60,870 nt of DNA from an uncultured Clostridia bacterium (GTDB lineage Bacteria > Bacillota > Clostridia > TANB77 > CAG-465): the NCBI GenBank assembly GCA_947631415.1, contig CANRLG010000005.1:1-60870 (forward strand), given 5' to 3'. The position numbers were made by a program, and so were the translations under genes. Each line of letters opens with the position of its first letter. The first letter of the stretch is position 1. The notes under the pieces were generated by a model. The model saw only the letters and a program-made list of their open reading frames with translations, searched no databases and was not told the origin of the DNA. Below, in pieces: positions 58,401-60,870 of the stretch.

Positions 58401-60870
58401 AGCCGTATTTATAAACCCAGAATTTGAACAATTCCATATGGAAGAAAGAGGAATGGATCCTAATTATACAATTCCATATGGTGTATATGTATTATCTGAA
58501 GATAAAACTAGTGATGATGGTGGAGATTACTTCTATGGAATTCAAGCAACAGATGTTTATGTTGAAGAAAATGATACACCATATTATGTAATAGTTAAAG
58601 ATAATCCAATACCAGTATTCTTAGAAATAGTTAAGAAAGATGCAGATACAGATGATGATAACGGAGCAGAAAAAGAAATAGTTTCATTACCTGATGCTAA
58701 ATTTAAAATTTGGGATTGCTCAGCTAATGAAGGAAAAGGTGGATGGCTAGTTCAAGAACTATCATCAGGTTCTGCAGTACAAGTAGATGAATTTATGACT
58801 AATGAAGAAGGTTATTTAATTACACCTAAAAAATTATATGCAGGTAAGTATATAATTTATGAGACAAAAGCTCCAAAAGGATATTACTTAAATGAAAAAT
58901 ATAGAGTACCAGAAGATGAATCTAAATTAGGAGATGAAAAATACGGTGGACTAGCAATAGATATAACAAATGCAGCCGTATTTGTAGGGGATGCTGAACA
59001 ATATCCAGATATTGGTGAAGTACCAGATTATGAATGGATAGATGATCATTTAAAAATAACAGTTTCAGCAGAAGATAATACTTTAAGAGGAAATATAGAC
59101 TTATATAAAGAAGGTGAAATGTTCAGTAGATTAACTGAAAATACAACAAATTACAGAGATGATGGATTTGATGAAGACTTTACTGAATATATACCAGAAT
59201 ATGAATATAAAGGTCTTGAAGGCTGTAAATTTGAAGTTTCACCAGTAGATGATGTTAAGACTGCTGATGGAAGATTAAAAGAAGCAGCAGGAACTAAACA
59301 CTATATTGTAACAGGTGAAGATGGACATGGAATTTGTAGAAAAGATGAAGGAACAGGTGAAGAAGATTTACTATTCTGTAATCCAGATGGATCTGAATAC
59401 TTAATTCATGAAGTTGAATGTCCAGCAGGTTATGAACCATGTAAAGACTTTACAGTTACAGTAAAACCAGGAGATCAATATACAAAAGTTAAAGTTACTG
59501 ATACAGGTGCAAAAGATGATTATATACCTGTTGAAGTAAGATTAGATAAAGAGTTTGAAAAAGAAAATGAAGAAGGAAAAATATATAGCAACGTATTAGA
59601 TACTCATGCAGTTGCAATATTTGGAATTTATGCAAGTCAAGATTTAGTAGCAGCAAATGGACAAGAATTACCAACTGATACTTTAATTCAAACATTAAGA
59701 GTAGTTGAAGGTGAAGGATTTATAGATACATATAAATTGCCAGATGGTCAATACTATTTAGATGAGTTATATACAACTGAACCTTATACTATTATAGATA
59801 ATGAAACTGACTTACCACATAGATATGAATTTACAGTTACACATTCAAAAGGTGTGTATGAAGAACAAAAAATATTAATTGAAGCTATAAATACATTCCC
59901 TAAAGGAGATTTGTATGTTGTAAAAGTTTCAGATACAGGAGTTGAACAAGCTGCTGGTATAACAGTTAAAGGTGACGATGAAACAAGACAAAGAGTTAAA
60001 GATTTCATTGAACAATACAATAATACAATGCAATTACAAATTGCTAATGGAGATGTAGATTTACTATATGCTGTTGATCAAACAGTTCAAGACTTTAAAG
60101 TAAATGATGAATTTACTTTAACAACACCAGCTGTATATGGAGTATACTTAGATAAAGAATGTACACAACCATTACAATATTCATATAGTAGAGGAGGAAC
60201 ATTCATAAATGTTACATTAGATGCATCTGTTAACGAAGATGGTATGTTAATAGGCTCATACTCAGCACTTGGCTTACCAGTTGGAGAATACTATGTAAAA
60301 GAATTAAGAGCACCTATTTATACAGATAATAATGGAACACCTCATGAATATGAAGTATCAGATGATGTTGAAATGGTTCAAGTAATGGACTCAGACTTTG
60401 CTGACATGAGTGGAGAAAACATAATATTTAGAGTATTCACTGATACAGCCGTTAAATCTCAAATGGATAAGAGAGATATGTTCACAGGAAAAGGTGTACC
60501 AAATTGTCACTTCACAATAACAGATGAAAATGGTAATGAATTACTAGACTTCGTAACATTAGAAGATGGAACTTCAGAAATACCAACAGATATTTTTGAA
60601 GATGGAAAATATTACTACTTCACAGAATTAGAAGCACCAGGATTCCCATATTATGATGGAGATACATTATATGAATTAAATACAGAACCACATAAATTTA
60701 GAGTAGAATATGAAGACAATACATGGAAATTCTATGGAAGAAATCAAGATGAATATGGAAATGAATATGGTGAAGAAGTAGAAAATCCAGTATTACATAA
60801 CTTTAGACCAAGAACAGATATAGAATTACAAAAACTAGATATGATGGATTCAACACCAGTTCCAAATTGT
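55492..60870 (+). CDS. second giant Cna-B/SpaA-type surface adhesin, 3'-truncated by the window edge (at least 1793 aa); paralog of ORF 35443-44343
   Basis: not in the supplied ORF track (no stop in window). ATG 55492 lies 9 nt after AAAGGAGG. The stretches I translated by hand are stop-free, and the frame runs to the last base (5379 nt = 1793 codons). Signal peptide MEKSDSNAKKIFKVAICLIVFSMIMVAFGSVAFA. Cna-B motifs (LPAGHYRCQEI, LKLGDYYYQEI, LRLGEYTIVEK). The last 35 nt are identical to 43985-44019. Confidence 0.85.
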   Translation, partial: MEKSDSNAKKIFKVAICLIVFSMIMVAFGSVAFAQENNSQNEVLNTGDYILKNINTEYAKAEKLEPYDIIDVKQTMADGSKLTSSESLEAMFSETPEAFIFMSEAYMPMYNTDDASPYYVAYIDTMHNDANSKIAEVDFAYTNTDGEVITDAIFDSETGIAYIPKKYTEENKNGLGIMNVQVQLLQVCNSENPSTTIKTIVEKGEGIEGETIETGYVQLNAIDTDVTLSVAKDENAKRSIQARDIVVKKNGYETKNFTYNSEKGEIRIVDCQPCSVDTIEISLNKDNNNDEIQDTAYGIATVANGDPLSSTSDFWNDDPYAGGTFTSGTTWKSDKEPLAGGTVRVSGISLLYHEGDGNRIVDSQYNQAYVPGKALDDDLTKLVTAIRDNVNNIDPTQLVGSTNFMSWTLDIPEGTQINYEGTTFTIPQSSYEVRCAHSVSSFTSGTSTTYSDMEIKLFAVNPANSTMLVGVLAPFTHNQSGTALYKIRYEMLITNGKIVVHKRESLTNNPIEGVTFNILNDNGDVVDTITTNGDGYAETKNLPAGHYRCQEIGVPADVILSGETQEATISAESLAPELTFVDDSTAYAQIEKKDEYGDSLAGVRFQIYDSKQQPIQVITTGDNGIAKTTALKLGDYYYQEISVPADDIIMDTEMHPFQLRVRGRTESFSMRNSYERGNMKVIKKDEWDVRIQGAVFHISGGPEKEPIDADYTTDSNGEISLTDLRLGEYTIVEKNVPETLTLNQNTFTVNVEADSEVTYTVENEYARGELSITKEDIFKQDGKKNWGDATYKDIEVELHAAEDIYEGKTKVLDADEFVAKRVFKTDGTTESVREFTRQDDGVYFDGLPIGQYYWKEVKTNKAYLAPQVSVVAETKKEKYEQEIEFVDMLTHNIPGKSVVMYDQPVMGRVEVYKQDESSKTGPDDTTHSETNPAEGAVLRLTLKSNWNEVTEQPIDPTHDTYTATVNEYGKAVFINPEFEQFHMEERGMDPNYTIPYGVYVLSEDKTSDDGGDYFYGIQATDVYVEENDTPYYVIVKDNPIPVFLEIVKKDADTDDDNGAEKEIVSLPDAKFKIWDCSANEGKGGWLVQELSSGSAVQVDEFMTNEEGYLITPKKLYAGKYIIYETKAPKGYYLNEKYRVPEDESKLGDEKYGGLAIDITNAAVFVGDAEQYPDIGEVPDYEWIDDHLKITVSAEDNTLRGNIDLYKEGEMFSRLTENTTNYRDDGFDEDFTEYIPEYEYKGLEGCKFEVSPVDDVKTADGRLKEAAGTKHYIVTGEDGHGICRKDEGTGEEDLLFCNPDGSEYLIHEVECPAGYEPCKDFTVTVKPGDQYTKVKVTDTGAKDDYIPVEVRLDKEFEKENEEGKIYSNVLDTHAVAIFGIYASQDLVAANGQELPTDTLIQTLRVVEGEGFIDTYKLPDGQYYLDELYTTEPYTIIDNETDLPHRYEFTVTHSKGVYEEQKILIEAINTFPKGDLYVVKVSDTGVEQAAGITVKGDDETRQRVKDFIEQYNNTMQLQIANGDVDLLYAVDQTVQDFKVNDEFTLTTPAVYGVYLDKECTQPLQYSYSRGGTFINVTLDASVNEDGMLIGSYSALGLPVGEYYVKELRAPIYTDNNGTPHEYEVSDDVEMVQVMDSDFADMSGENIIFRVFTDTAVKSQMDKRDMFTGKGVPNCHFTITDENGNELLDFVTLEDGTSEIPTDIFEDGKYYYFTELEAPGFPYYDGDTLYELNTEPHKFRVEYEDNTWKFYGRNQDEYGNEYGEEVENPVLHNFRPRTDIELQKLDMMDSTPVPNC

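Noticed and set aside
56781-60020. Minus-strand ORFs 56781-57080, 59495-59695 and 59784-60020
   Set aside because: They are antisense to the open-ended + strand adhesin ORF starting at 55492, which explains the whole region. The track lists them only because that long ORF has no stop inside the window.
35443-60870. Searched the surface proteins for LPXTG, LAXTG, NPQTN and (S/P)PXTG sorting motifs
   Set aside because: None was found before the C-terminal hydrophobic segments of ORFs 10129 and 35443. I therefore do not call these proteins sortase substrates.
1-60870. Mobile elements, prophage, defence islands, tRNA or rRNA genes
   Set aside because: No transposase, integrase, recombinase, phage structural, restriction or Cas-like ORFs were found, and no cloverleaf-like or rRNA-like segments were recognised. 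Intergenic regions are short and explained by promoters, terminators and the T-box, except 5040-5370. A tRNAscan/Infernal run would be needed to exclude small RNAs formally.

Overview
Very AT-rich (by eye, well under 35% G+C) chromosomal segment of a low-GC Gram-positive, Clostridia-like bacterium using code 11 (TGA is a stop). Nearly all genes are on the + strand. Housekeeping content: ackA, an OmpR/histidine-kinase pair, gatCAB, recG, der, ppaC, thyX, a tightly packed 7-gene suf operon (sufC-sufB-sufD-phosphatase-sufS-sufU-mnmA), rsmE, ruvB, queH and a T-box-controlled thrS. Three accessory cell-surface regions stand out. (1) 6.0-11.9 kb holds a translationally coupled VanW / DltA-like / DltC-like / O-antigen-ligase-like operon followed by a membrane-anchored surface protein, with no DltB or DltD partner in the window. 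(2) 35.4-47.2 kb holds a 2966-aa Cna-B/SpaA-type repeat adhesin with a candidate N-terminal thioester (Cys-Gln) motif pair, a Cys4 insertion and a non-LPXTG C-terminal anchor. It is followed by a secreted protein of 12 MucBP-like repeats ending in a clear type-I dockerin. (3) From 55492 to the window edge runs a second giant paralogous adhesin, at least 1793 aa. It is missing from the supplied ORF track because it has no stop codon inside the window. A class-E-like sortase operon lies at 21 kb. I found no rRNA, tRNA, CRISPR array, transposase, integrase or prophage genes. All family calls rest on motifs read by eye and recalled family knowledge. No database search was run, and hairpin or promoter coordinates may be off by 1-2 nt.
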